Shown here one piece after another: positions 13,407-26,500 of a stretch of DNA of 64,000 nucleotides (position 1 is the first letter of the stretch; every line of letters begins with the position of its first letter). The translations under genes were made by a program, and so were the position numbers. A model generated the notes under the pieces. It was not told the origin of the DNA and searched no databases. It worked only from the letters and a program-made list of their open reading frames with translations. This DNA is from Lingula anatina (taxonomy: Eukaryota > Animalia > Brachiopoda), in NCBI GenBank assembly GCA_051362555.1, contig CM120642.1:9300001-9364000 (forward strand). Direction: 5' to 3'.

Positions 13407-16400
13407 AGTAAAACCAGGTAAAAACCACACCAAATCAAGGTTTTACTATAAAATGAAGTTCACACCATGAATTTTACATAATGGATCTAGACTAACTCTA
13501 GAAGTCTAAAGTAATGGCAATGTGGGTCTAAGGTAGGGGTAGAACCTGACGAAACCACTACTATATCAATACAAAGAGATTAAAAAACCAAAACCAATGA
13601 AATTGGCCCAGTATTTTTCATATAACACCTGAAATATTCATTTCCCTCTGCTGTCAATATAATATTTTTATGAAAAGCAAAAACAACATTTTGCCAAGCT
13701 TTAGCATTAGTCATTATAAATAACAGGTTAATGCAAAAGAAAAAAAGAAAAAAATTAAAATACAGCATTCTGTACAGACTTTGCTGACTCATTACCATGC
13801 ATACATTCTTGCAAATCTTCCACTTCACTGGGCGTCTTCAGAACCATAACACTGGCTCCCTCTGTTGTCCACTGCACATCTAGGCTTAAACAAGGCCTGC
13901 ATGACCTACGCCAAAACAATGACATCAAAGGATTCTCCCCAGTATTCATACTCAGAAAACGTGCTCTGGCAACTTTTTTATACATAGAGCCTCTACTCGA
14001 GGCAAGATTTGGATATGACACTGCATGTTGCTGATTGGCATCGATGTCTTCAATGATGATATCCAGATCCTTCTTTTCAGGGGCTAATAAAGCAGTATTC
14101 AAGGCCCTGGTTACAATCCCTGAGAAGCTACCTGGTGCTTGCCCTTCCCTAAGGAGACTGATCTGGGATTTAGAGACTAGGAAACCAGTGTTTAGGACCT
14201 CCTCAGGAAAAATTACGGAGACACCTGAAGTTCCTTGCCCTTGGTGGATACTAGTCTGTGGGTTAGATACTAAGAATCCAGTGTTTGGGACCTGATCTGG
14301 TGAGATATCTGGGCTATGATCTTCAGGAAGACTGTTCTGTGAGATTGGCATAGTGAATTTAGAATGATGACCTCCTGTCACAGAAACAGAGAAGCTAGAA
14401 GACTTATTCTCAGTTTCAAGGCTGCTCGAGGAGTCAGATGCTAAGAATGCAGTATTCAAACGCCTCCTTATAATCCCACTGGCAGTTTTTGGTGTGTCAA
14501 GTGTGCTACTGATCATGCTTAGGAGGCTCCCACCAGGTTCTGTGGCCTGTGTACCTGCCGCCTCTCTCACAACATCCAAGTGAGGAAAAAGGGGATCAAT
14601 GTGGACACTTCCTGCAGTAAAAGGAGCTTTATACTCACAAAAATCTTGACTATTTTTTGGAACCCCTGAATTTGCCCTGTCAAAACCTTCTTCCCAGGCT
14701 CCCTCTGCTAGATCACTGGCACAAGGGGCACCTGCCTGACCTGAGGTCAAGTTAATGTCAGAGGTTACCACTGGGGTCAAAGTAGTATCTTCCTCATCCA
14801 AAAGACTTGACTGGCATATATGCTGCAGCTCTCCCATGTGGTCTGTTTCAGGAGAAAATGCCAAGGTGGCTGAGATGGTGTCCTCAAAGCCCACTTGTTT
14901 CACATCTGCCTGCTTTCTTGGTGTGGTTTCTGTTGAAACATTCACCTCCAAGGATATGTCTGACAAGCTGGGCACTGGCTCTGCTTGGTTGGTCTGCTCT
15001 TCATACTGGGGGCTTATTGGTGGACAAAGCATAACATCACCCAAATGTTGCTCTCCTGAATCAGATGAAGGCTTAGCAATTGAGGGCACCATGTCTGGTG
15101 ATGCTGAATTATTTTCAACAGGAGACATTTCACTTTGGAAGCTGTCATCCGGTGAAATAGGACTTGCTGTATCATCCCTGACACCAAGTGTGGGTGACAT
15201 ATTAGGTGAGGTATCAAAGTGATCACCTGGTGTGGGCGAGGCACCAGCTGGTGTATCATAACGTGGACTCACATCTGGCAAAATGCTGTTACTCCTGCTT
15301 GCACAAGTGGTAAATGATTCTTCTCCTTCTGAGGTAACATCCTGGTTTTCAATCTGATTATCACTCTCTGGCAATGAGGAAACAATCTCTGCACTGGCCA
15401 GCATTTCCTTTTCAACTTGGTATTCTTCTTCCATCTGAAAGAGAGTTTTTGAACCTGTTTGGTCAGCATTATGTGAGGAATCAGAAGATCGTTTCAAAGC
15501 AAATTCCATTTTCTTCTTAAAGACTGGACTTGTAGCTTTATCATAAGGAGCACTAGTCAGCTTCTCTCTGCTGTTGGATTGTCTACACAAATGGTGGTCA
15601 CTAAACAAATCATCTTTCCTGGGGCTAGGAGTCTTCAACTTTGGCTTGACAAAGGCATTTCTCTGCTGCTCATACCTGCTAGCAAAACAGGCTGGGCTGG
15701 TCACTTGATGTCCAGATGGAGTAACCAATTGGTCAGCCAGGTGGTCCTGCTTCTGAATGACTCTCCAGGTCAGGTCCTTCAGCGTCTCCAATGTGTTACT
15801 TCCTTGAGGACTGCTTCTTCCCGAGCTGATAGGAACCGGTTTTGAGTGAACAAATGTCATTCTTGGATCAGACGTAATTTGCATGTCAGAGGTCAGTTCT
15901 GAGGTCAACTGTTCTTCAGAAGTCATCATTGGGTTAGGGGTAAACCCTCTGTCAGAGGTCAGCCTAGAGTCATCATCCACAGGTGCCCTTTGGATATTGT
16001 CACCATCACTTTTGTAAAATTTTGAATTAAGTTCAGTATCATCTAAATTAACGCCAGCTTCAACTTCACTGGGTCTTGGAGTTGGTAATTTAACTTCACT
16101 TTGGTCACACTTAGCAGCCTGCATGGTTTTGTCTAGCAGAGTGAGAGATTGCATTAGATGTGCACAGAATTGCTCTGAAGATACCCGCTGTGATAGAGCA
16201 CCACTGTGATGGCAAATTAGATCAGAGCTGGATGAAGAGGAAGAAGAGAAAGAAGCAGTGAGAGGAAATGGAGGCTTTTCTAGATCTACTTCCAGAGCAT
16301 GCATGGCCTTCTTGCCATACTCACCAAGATGAGTGAAAAGATTCTTTGCTACCTGTAGTAGAGCCTGAAATGAAAGGAACATAAGAGAACATAAACATAT

Positions 16401-17506
16401 AAACAAATGCTTTATATCATGTATCAAATATTGATATATATTTTTAAAAAATAATATTGTGCACTTAATTTAAAGCAAGGAAATATTTCAATAGTTTTAC
16501 CTAGCACATCAGTAGTTATTGAACATTTCCTCAGTCTAAAAATTGCATAAGAATTTCAAACAGATTCCTAAGACTTTTGGTGTGAATTTTTCATTCATCT
16601 TCCTGCTAAGTTAAATAAAAATACATCTTATGTGTACAAACTCTAGTTATCCTTTGTTTTCATCTACATGTTCCACCTGTACTGTCAAATTCAAGTAAGA
16701 ATTAAGTTGCAAAACAACATTTCAGCTGTAAATCTATCCTTACTTCTGTCTGGTTCTTGAGTTTTCTCTCGTTCTGGAAAGCCACTGTGCTGGTTAGGAC
16801 TGTGGCCGTGTATTTAAAACAGTGTTGAATGGCATCAACATCACCATTGGAAAACCTAGAAACAATCATAATATTGAATTATACAGGGGGGGTTAAACCA
16901 GTGTTTTAATTTTTGTTGCCACATCAACTTCTGAGAGCCTAGCTGTTTTTAGCACTCGTACAGGGATTAACTTAGGCAGGAAATACAATAATGAAAATTA
17001 AAGCAATGACACCTTTAATTCCCTGTCACAGCAACTGCATTTTAGAAACAATATTTCAAAACACCTCAAACCTTTCAGTAGTTAAGTAAAAGATTGCTTA
17101 GGTCTTTTACGGTGAACTGGTGACTAATAAATTCACCATACTTGGTGCAGGAGATGTACATTTTGGAGATATATATAGTCAATAAAAATCAAAACATTAA
17201 TAACAATACTTGACAAAATATCTATTGTGCATGAGGCAAGAAGACAAGGTCCTGATATGTCATAATAGCTTAATAGATGTAAAATTAGATCAGCTGTTAG
17301 TTGTTAACCTCTTCATGTCAATAGTTCAGCTGTTGACCAATATATTCAGTTGTATTGTACAAGCTTTAAGGGGATGTCAAATGGATTTTAGCCTCATACA
17401 GAAAGAGCAAGATATTTAGGCATATATCAGGTATGGTGCAGTTTACAATCAAACCGGAAAAATGTGTGAGGTTCATAACTTTCTGACAGCCCCTCATATT
17501 TAAATT

Positions 17507-17540
<34 letters not shown>

Positions 17541-20500
17541 TCATTATTAATGTCCATTCTCACCTGTCGTGGCCTATCTTATTAACCACACATGCTATGG
17601 CCACCACATTGCCTGTCACCCTGGAGATCACGGGGACTCCCAGTAAAGATTTGATGTCTAGGTGGAGGAACCTACACAGCTCATCAAACTGATCCTATAT
17701 CCATAAAGAAAAAAACCTTCATCATATCATGTTGTAATGTATGTTAATTTAATGCTATGTCTTTACTTCAAATATGAAAAGTCTTTCCTGCATTTGGTTT
17801 TACATTAAAATATGGATTAAATGATCAAAATTTACATCATATACTGTATCAAGTCAATAAATTTGCATTATGGCACGTGGAACAATTTTATGTCATATTC
17901 AACAGCTGACAGACAAGTTGTCAATATATCATGTAAAAAGAATGTTACAGTTTTTTACATTAAAAAGTGTCATCAGACACTGATACAGACAATTTCCACA
18001 GAGGTCACACATCCTCACTTTCAGACAGACTAAAACCAGACAGTGAGACACTCAGCTGTGGGTATTAAGTACATTTTTGTATTGTCAACCCTTCAAAATG
18101 CACTCAGTTCTGTATGAACAAGTAAGTTAAAATCCATACTCTAAACAAAAAATTCTGGCACCTTTTGAAAAGGTGTTGATCAAAATCTCGTCAGAATGCC
18201 AAGTTGCTATCTCCCAAATGACTATAAGTCATCATTGCTGTCCAACTAAGTCAATCTAGCCAGATATTTACATGTGAGGGAGTGAGTGACATCACATGCA
18301 AAATGTCAATACCACAACACACTAAACATTATATTGTACAGTGACACACATTTTGTTCAGTTTTAATGTGTCATATGTGTCAAGTGATATCAAATAGTAT
18401 CTATACGTTCAACTTTATATAATTTAGGGCAAACTGGTCTACATAACTTAAAGCAGAAAAATAAAATTAACTTACATACCCAAATACATGACAGAACACT
18501 CAAACAAAAATATGCTCACTTACAAGCATTTATACATTCATATTATATACTTTTTTTTTTTAATTCAGTTGTTTTATCATATCTTAAAATTCCAATCACT
18601 ATCTTGTTAATAAGGAATTAAAAATACACATGCACGTGACAGTGATTAGTCTTCTATTTTACTGGTACTATGCATCCAAACGGTTTTAAACAGATCTGTA
18701 TAAGATTTTACTACCTTAACATTGATTTTTCTGTAGGTCATCAATTCTCAGTTAACTGACAAAATATACATAGTATCAAATGAGGAATTACTATTGGTAT
18801 GCATTAAATTTACAATTGACAGTCCAATAGGCCTACCTCCTTTTGATGCCAAGATATAAAGAAATCAGATGAACCATGGTTTAAAGCTCAGTTTTCAATT
18901 ATTGCAGGGGGCTTATTTATCTTCTTAATGACAGTATAATCAATACAAAGTAATTTCCAAGTTACGACCGGGCATGTCTCAAGGATCAACAGAGTCCAAC
19001 TTTGCATAATAATCAGGTCTGATGTGATGAATAAAAATGAGATAAGTCACCATTACGGTTTTACCATATTAAAAGATCAATTTGATTGTACATGTACACT
19101 TTAGGTAGACATAATTGGAGATATACTTTTGTGCTATACATGTATGAACTATAAATACTGTACTTTGATGTTGCTTTATCAACAATGTTTAGTGCCAATG
19201 CTCAAGGTCTATGCTGTCCAATCTTCATTTGTCCTGTGCCAATACAGTCTTCTATCAACAAAATTTTCAACTCTCAACTGATACCCAAGGTAAAGACAGC
19301 ATAGTTGATCAAATTTTATGTTATTTATTTGTTTGGGTATGGAAGAGGGTAGGGGGCAACTTTAATGCACCCTTTAATACAGACAAAAAGCATACAGATA
19401 CAGGCTACCCTTTATGTACCTTCCATATTATGGAAACCACGGAAAACATAATACTAATCATGTTTATAATTTCAAAAGGAACATTTTGCCAAACAAAGAC
19501 AATCATTAAATATAAAGTAAATCAAAAATACAATTTGGCAGTTATAGGTTAAACAACAAAGGTGTCAGACAGCAACAGTGATGATTCAGCAAACAGAATA
19601 ATAAATGTGTCAGACATTCAGTGTCTGTATATAAAAATGCTGCATATGAGGCCATTTGGAATTACATCATGTCTTCTCTTTTTGGATCTTTACTATCTCA
19701 TGTATGTATCTCATTCTAGTAAGTTAAAAAGCAGTTAAATTTTTGGAATTAGTTTTTTCAAAATCAGTTCTTTGATGCAGCAAAAACCATCAGAAAAAAG
19801 GTATAAAAATGCATTTTCAATGTACATAAATCAAATTTCATAGAATTTATAATTCTGATAAAAGTTTAAAAATATAAATAAAAATTAAAAAAAAAATTAT
19901 AACAGGTTAAATGATGAGACACACTTGATATGATAATATTGCCTTCATGGTCATCTCTTACAAAGTTTTCCCTGAACATTATAGGTATTTGTGTACATTC
20001 ATTCCCATGCATATCAAATATTCAAGTTACACCCACCACTACTAGAGTTAAAATAAAAAAACATGAAACTGAGACTTAACTATGGTGCATACAAATCAAA
20101 TGAAAATGTCACTGCTATCGTTGACAATTGAATTTGCAGGCTAAGCATTTAAGCTGGGTTGTGTTACTATGTATAAAGTACAGTTGTCTCAGTTTTATCT
20201 TACAAACCAACAATACTAAAACTGAAAAAGTGTTACACTGCATGCCATAGCACCACACAAACATGTGCAAAATGTGCACAAATATCTTAAAGTATTAAAA
20301 TCTTGGTCAAAAGACAAAACTACCCATAATCTATCTCAATCAGTAATACAAAGAACCAGAGCCAGTACAACATAATAGAAAGTTGTTTCTGAAAGACGGT
20401 ACATGCCATAATATCCTTCATATCTACCTCACATCACAAGGAATAAGCATATTACTAGGCTAATTTAAAGAACTTTAAGACTTACTTTTAGTGGTACAAC

Positions 20501-23460
20501 AAAATTGTTTACAACAAATATAACGTGTAATTTAGATATATTGACACACAAAACAAAATACTAAAAAACAATGGAATGGGACTGCTGGAGGATAATTGGC
20601 AAGTCCCTACATTTTTCTGGCAAAATATCAATTTTATGGCACATGGATCTTCATGTCAGATGAAAATTGAAATCACTTTGCACACAAAATACTTTTTAAT
20701 TTTAAAAGCGGAGATGGTCAACTTTATAATGATTTCCAATGCTTCGGAATATAGTAAGTTAAACAAACTGTTTAAACTTAACAAGACTATTATAATCTTA
20801 TAAAAATGTTGCATGCATTACTGATCCATGTACCATAAAACAGTTTTTCAATCTGTCCCCACTACTACTGATTGTTTGAGCATGCCATTTGGAAGATGAA
20901 ATGCATCTAGATCAGTTCAGTGTGGGATGGTAAAGGATTAATCAGTCATACAGGATGGTGTCTTACTCTATTCAAGTCATCATGTGTCACAGTCTTGGTA
21001 GTGTACAAAAACACATTTTCATCAGCCTAAAACACAGAATAACCACATATCCTAAGAAGTAGGAAATAAAAAAAAATGCATTGCTGAAAACAAGGTGATG
21101 TAGGAGTGCTGAAAGACAATTTAGATGAGCAATGACATGTGTATTCACAGAATTAAATGAATATGTTCACACAGAACACTTCATCACCAGGCTGCTGTAT
21201 TAGAAAAACATGCCATATGTAAATATACCTTTCAAATATGCAGCTGAACCATGGTCTTAGGGATAAATATCTGCCCTCTGACTTTGGAAGAGCAAAAATA
21301 GGCAACTTTTGAGAGTTCATTAAAATATATCATTTTGGAATCTATAGGTTTTGAGAAACTATTACACATTTTCAAAATCGGTGTATTTAAATTCAATCAA
21401 AACATTTTTCACTCAGTTTAAACATTTCAATTACTTTACTGGTCACTGAATAACCAAATTACGCAACATATCCCTAAGAACATGGAAGAATAACAGATAG
21501 AAATCACTATTGCTGGATAAATATGGCACATATTTTGAAAGCATGAAAAAACACTTCAAAACGACTGTTAAAATTCTATTAAAGGGAGTGGTTATGTTAG
21601 AAAGAATAAAGATACAGAGACAAGTAGAAATCACACCAAGTGTTTATCTGATAAATATCATATTATCAATTTTCTACAAAGTCATTAAGTTTATTAAGAA
21701 GACAAAGGGTTAGCACACCAATCTTATGGCACCTGTGCCATTTTTTGGTGTATTGGAGACAAAATATGTTGATTTATGAATCACCTTTTCTATGTCATTT
21801 AAATCTTCGTACTCTTTTAAATAATTTTTTAGAGAAGCATGTCAAGTTTTGATACAGAAAACATTAAGATGAAATTTAAAGTGAGGTTTTTTGAAAAAAA
21901 AAAAAGTGATCAAATTGCATGTTATATAATGACTTCTTCAAGCCATAATACTAATAACCCCGAGTCAAAAATAAAAGGAATTTAGGCTAAAAAATGCAGG
22001 CTTCAAAATGTACTACTTACCTGCACTTTACAAAACAAAATTCCAACAAATAATTTGCCAAAGCAATTATTACTAGCTCTGTTCTTAATTTCTGACACAC
22101 ACAAGCAAAGTTTCTTGTGATTACCACAATCGATTAATGCCAAGAAATTAAATCTTTTTCTCATTGAAAGGTCTATTTAATGCGCAATGCCAATTACCAA
22201 GTGTTAATTATCAACTGAGCATTTCAGAAGTAGCTTCTTTTGCCAATTGAAGCATTATCTCTGTCCTGTATCAATTCAGCGATACCACTCATGTAGTTCT
22301 GATATAAGGATAACATTATGTGTCTCAGAAATATTGCCAGAGCATATAGAGCAAGGAAGCAGGTCAAGCTAGGTATGTCTTTATAGCAGGCTAATATAAC
22401 TGGCAAATAAAGTTGAAACCCTCCATGCAGTTTAGCCATTTCAATAAACTGAATGTAAGCAGCCCACTATCCTCAAATCATTTTGCAGTCATCAACTTTT
22501 GCCTCCAGTAATAATTTTTTTTTTTCATCAAATTTTCAGAAAATCAGGTTCATGCTCTAAGTCACAACTGCTAATTAGAAAATGATTGCCATATCAAACT
22601 ATGAACTTACATTTATGCATTATTACAGCAACTGAAATGGTTGCAGTTTGCAGTAAAAAAAGTGGTGACCATGTTAAGAAACAAATGCTGTACCAAAACA
22701 GACTGCAAGCAGCCAGTGTATTTCGACTGGTAACAAGTTGTGAAAAGTTATAAATATCAGACACAATTTCTTTGTAATCCAAAATGAATAAATGCAGCCA
22801 AAAAAAGATTCATTAATTTCACATCAGCAAATTAAAGTTCAATCACTGCAAAAAGCTTTGATTTTTAGAACATTGCCTTACAAGCTATAGGTCTTTAAAG
22901 CATCAGAAGGGAACCAGATAAGCTAAGGTTAAGCCCAGTTGACAGCCAGTGCATAAAGCACATGGTACAGGTGTTAGTTGTGCTGCCTTTCCTACCTGCT
23001 CCGAGGTCTTGAGGTACAAAGGTTGCTTGCCTAAGAGTGGGTCTTTAAATAAAGCCTCAATGCCCGCCTAGAATAAGTAGTTCTGGCTTTGAAGCATGGT
23101 CAACACTTGCAGCGCATGTATGTATACATAAAATCTAGCAGATTCCTAAGAATTTTCACGCATTATAAAAAAAAATTACAAATGAAGACATCATTGCAAT
23201 AAGCTCTTTGAATAGGAACTGTGAATGGTCTTTGGTGGGCAATGTACTGAAAGCACATGGTACCACACCAATGACAATGTTGTTGAATTAAAAAAAAAAC
23301 TTTTTTGTCAAAACAATTATCTGTCCACTAGCAAAAAACACATAAGGCAACATAAGCCTAGTTCTACTATGCTGTTACCCCTCCCTTTTATAAGTAATAA
23401 TTTGCCTTACAATAATTAAATCTTATGAACTGCCAAGTCACTTCCCCCCTCAAAAAAAAA

Positions 23461-23524
<64 letters not shown>

Positions 23525-26500
23525 AAAAAATATATAAAAATAATTTAGAGAAAGCAATGAAAAGCACTTATAAAAATGGATTGCAAGCAAAAAATAGCAT
23601 GCGCTTGGTTAACATGTATATAAAATACAGGATTAAGGGGTATACAAATGGTTTAACAGCAGTTTTAGTGATTCAATAGCCCATCTACATGTAATATGCA
23701 TGTTATTTTGTAAAATGCATATGCTATATGTATTTGCCATAAAAAGGTGATAATTTACCAGTGAAAAGATCTCCTACTTGGACCTATATGTATAATCACA
23801 TAAGTTTCAAAGTTAAAATATACATGTTGTAAAAGCATAAGGCATTGTTGAGAATGATGTTAATTTTTTTCTTTTGTCTTCGTTAAACATACTTTCAGCT
23901 TTTCAATTTCTATAAAAATTGTTTTCATCTGTGCTTGATAAGTTGTGAAATTGAACAGCTGGGACATCAGTATACACAGAAGGCATTATGTGTATTTAAG
24001 ACAGTGCTGTGCGAACCTAATTTTCTCTGTGCACTCTAGAAAAAAAAGGAAATACGCTCTTCAACTTTTAACAATCCATATTGTAACATTGTCTTTTTCA
24101 ATATATGGAAAAAAACTAAATTAACCTGATAATTCTTTAAATCTTGTTTGAAAGCAAAACACTTCTGGATTGATTAACTACACACTATCTTCATTTATTG
24201 CTATAAAAAAGCAACATTTATCTTTAAAATGCTGCTTAAGCATGTAAACAGATGAAGATGTAAAAATGGACATGCACGGGATAATACATGTAGTTGGGCA
24301 GCAGACAGAGGTTAAAATAGATCAAAAGGGAATGGATGAACAACATTTTATAAAATGTATCAAAATTATGCAAATTTTCCAATAACGCTTTCAAAGTTAT
24401 TGCTGTCTACTATAAAAATATTAATACTGCAATTAAGTAAGGTTAATTATGAAAACAACAGCTATTTAAAAATATGAAAAAATGACATGCAAAGTAGAAT
24501 ATTTAAAATCAATCATAATTAAGTACCATTAAAATGTATTTTAATACATATTAAAATTAAATCCTATAAAATATCACATGAATATGTTCATTATAAAATG
24601 AATAACTTAAAGATTATCATTAAGTGTCAAAATATCATAGAGTGTACAGTTCAAATCATTTCTTACCGGAAATTTAATTTCTTCTTCTAGAACATGTCCA
24701 CCAACAACCTGTAAAGGTACATGTGCATTTGGTTACTTGATATATCTAGTCTGTGAATTATCAAAGGTGCTACAACAACTGCCTATTACAGTTTTGAACC
24801 AATATCAATATTTTAAAATCAGTCACTTTTTTCACTAGTTTCTTTTGAAGTACATTTTCTGTCATTCAACAGATGCAACAATTACAGCATTAGTTTATCC
24901 CAAAGTATTTATTATAAAATAGCCCTTTCACCTTCTGAATCCATAAGACAGTATCTGTCAAAATTGGCAACAGTACTCTGGACTTTAATCCACATAATTT
25001 TTTAAAAGCATTTATCATCAATTTTTTTTTAATTTGACATAATACCATTTAAATTAAAATGTTATAACAGAGGAGTCAGCTGAACAAATGCCTATGCCAT
25101 GTGCATTCTATATTATGCTTAATAGCAGTCTTTTACATTTTGATAACTGAAACCATTTTTCAAATTCCAATCAGGGCTTTCTGTGACATGGTATTAACGA
25201 TTTAAGTTTTTTTTCTACTAGAAAAGCCTTTCTAAATATGCACACAAGTAACCATTTCAACAAGTGCAGGGGTGTATTGTGCATGTATGCAATAGCTTCC
25301 AAGGTTTTTTTTTTCTTTTTTGAATTCTTGCATGTGCATTTATTTACTGAGTAATACATCTTACTTCAAAGGACAAGACAGGATCTTCAACAAGCATCAA
25401 GGGATATCCAGTTGATTTTATGTCCCTAAATATTAAGCACTATGTGTGATGTTACAATGTAAAACATTGTGCTGCCGCCTATAGTTGATTACCTGGCAGA
25501 ACAACTGTGTATTGTCTGATGACACTAACACCAAAAATCCACTCTCTGCATCCGTCTGCTGTTGGAGCTGAAAATGAACAAAATCAAAATTCAATTTCAT
25601 TGTTGAATTTGTTTCAAGAATCTGAAGTTGGGCTGCTTTTGGCATTGTAGACTACAAACCAGTCTGAAATGTATTGGTGTTGGCAGTCTATAACAGCAAT
25701 CTATTTGTGGTTGGATTGCTAATGGCAGCTGAACTGCTTATATCATATCACGAGATCGCCAGCAATCATAACCAAATAACAATCAGTAATCAGAACATTT
25801 GTGCTGCACATTTAACACCATCAAATCACACATTGTATGTTCACTTCATTTAATTTGTAAGACAGAGCATCCAAGCAGAAGAGGAACTGAAATTGGAAGG
25901 AAATTAATTTAAGGATTATCACTAACCTTGTGTCCCAATAGTACCATCTTTTGTTACTAAGAGCTAGAAATATCACTGAATGTGATTAATAACCCTTACA
26001 CACACACCAAAAAAAAAAAAAAATAGAATGGTATAGAACAAAAGTTACTATCATGACAATGGGCTGATGGGCACACAAAAACACCATTCACGTCTAGTGC
26101 ATTAAGTGTCTGTCTCTCCACTTATTGAATTAGAGAGTTTTGATATGATGATTCGCTAACCCATGCCAGGGGCGGATCCAGAGATATTTTCTGACAGTCT
26201 TCCACATTATCTTTGTTGATCCATCCTCCATTTTTTGACCATCCTCGGACAGAAAAAAATTAGGTACTCATCAATGTAAACTTAGAAACACCATCTTCCG
26301 GAAGACCCAGAAGACAGCCTCAATCCACCCCTGCATGCAACTTAAAAAAATTAAGATCAAGGAGAACCACTTGCCAATTTGTCCAAGAGCCCAGTGGTAC
26401 ACCTTAGCCTTAGCTGTAAGTTAGTAATTAACTCCATGACAGGGTTTTGTGTTCAAGGTGATTTCAGGCAATCCCAACAGACCCTTGCCAAAAATGATGC

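Noticed and set aside
14035-15845. Plus-strand and alternate-frame ORFs of 66-155 aa
   Set aside because: Shadows of the long minus-strand coding frame; no recognisable product.
13755-16427. 890-aa ORF as an independent or nested gene or transposon ORF
   Set aside because: Its listed start at 16427 is a non-ATG codon in intronic sequence upstream of the acceptor at 16365, it contains a true PDE2A exon in frame, and it shows no transposase or reverse-transcriptase motifs.
22021-22091. Strong donor CAG|gtaagt in the GAF-A alternative-exon intron (possible third variant)
   Set aside because: No acceptor gives a stop-free phase 0-0 exon.
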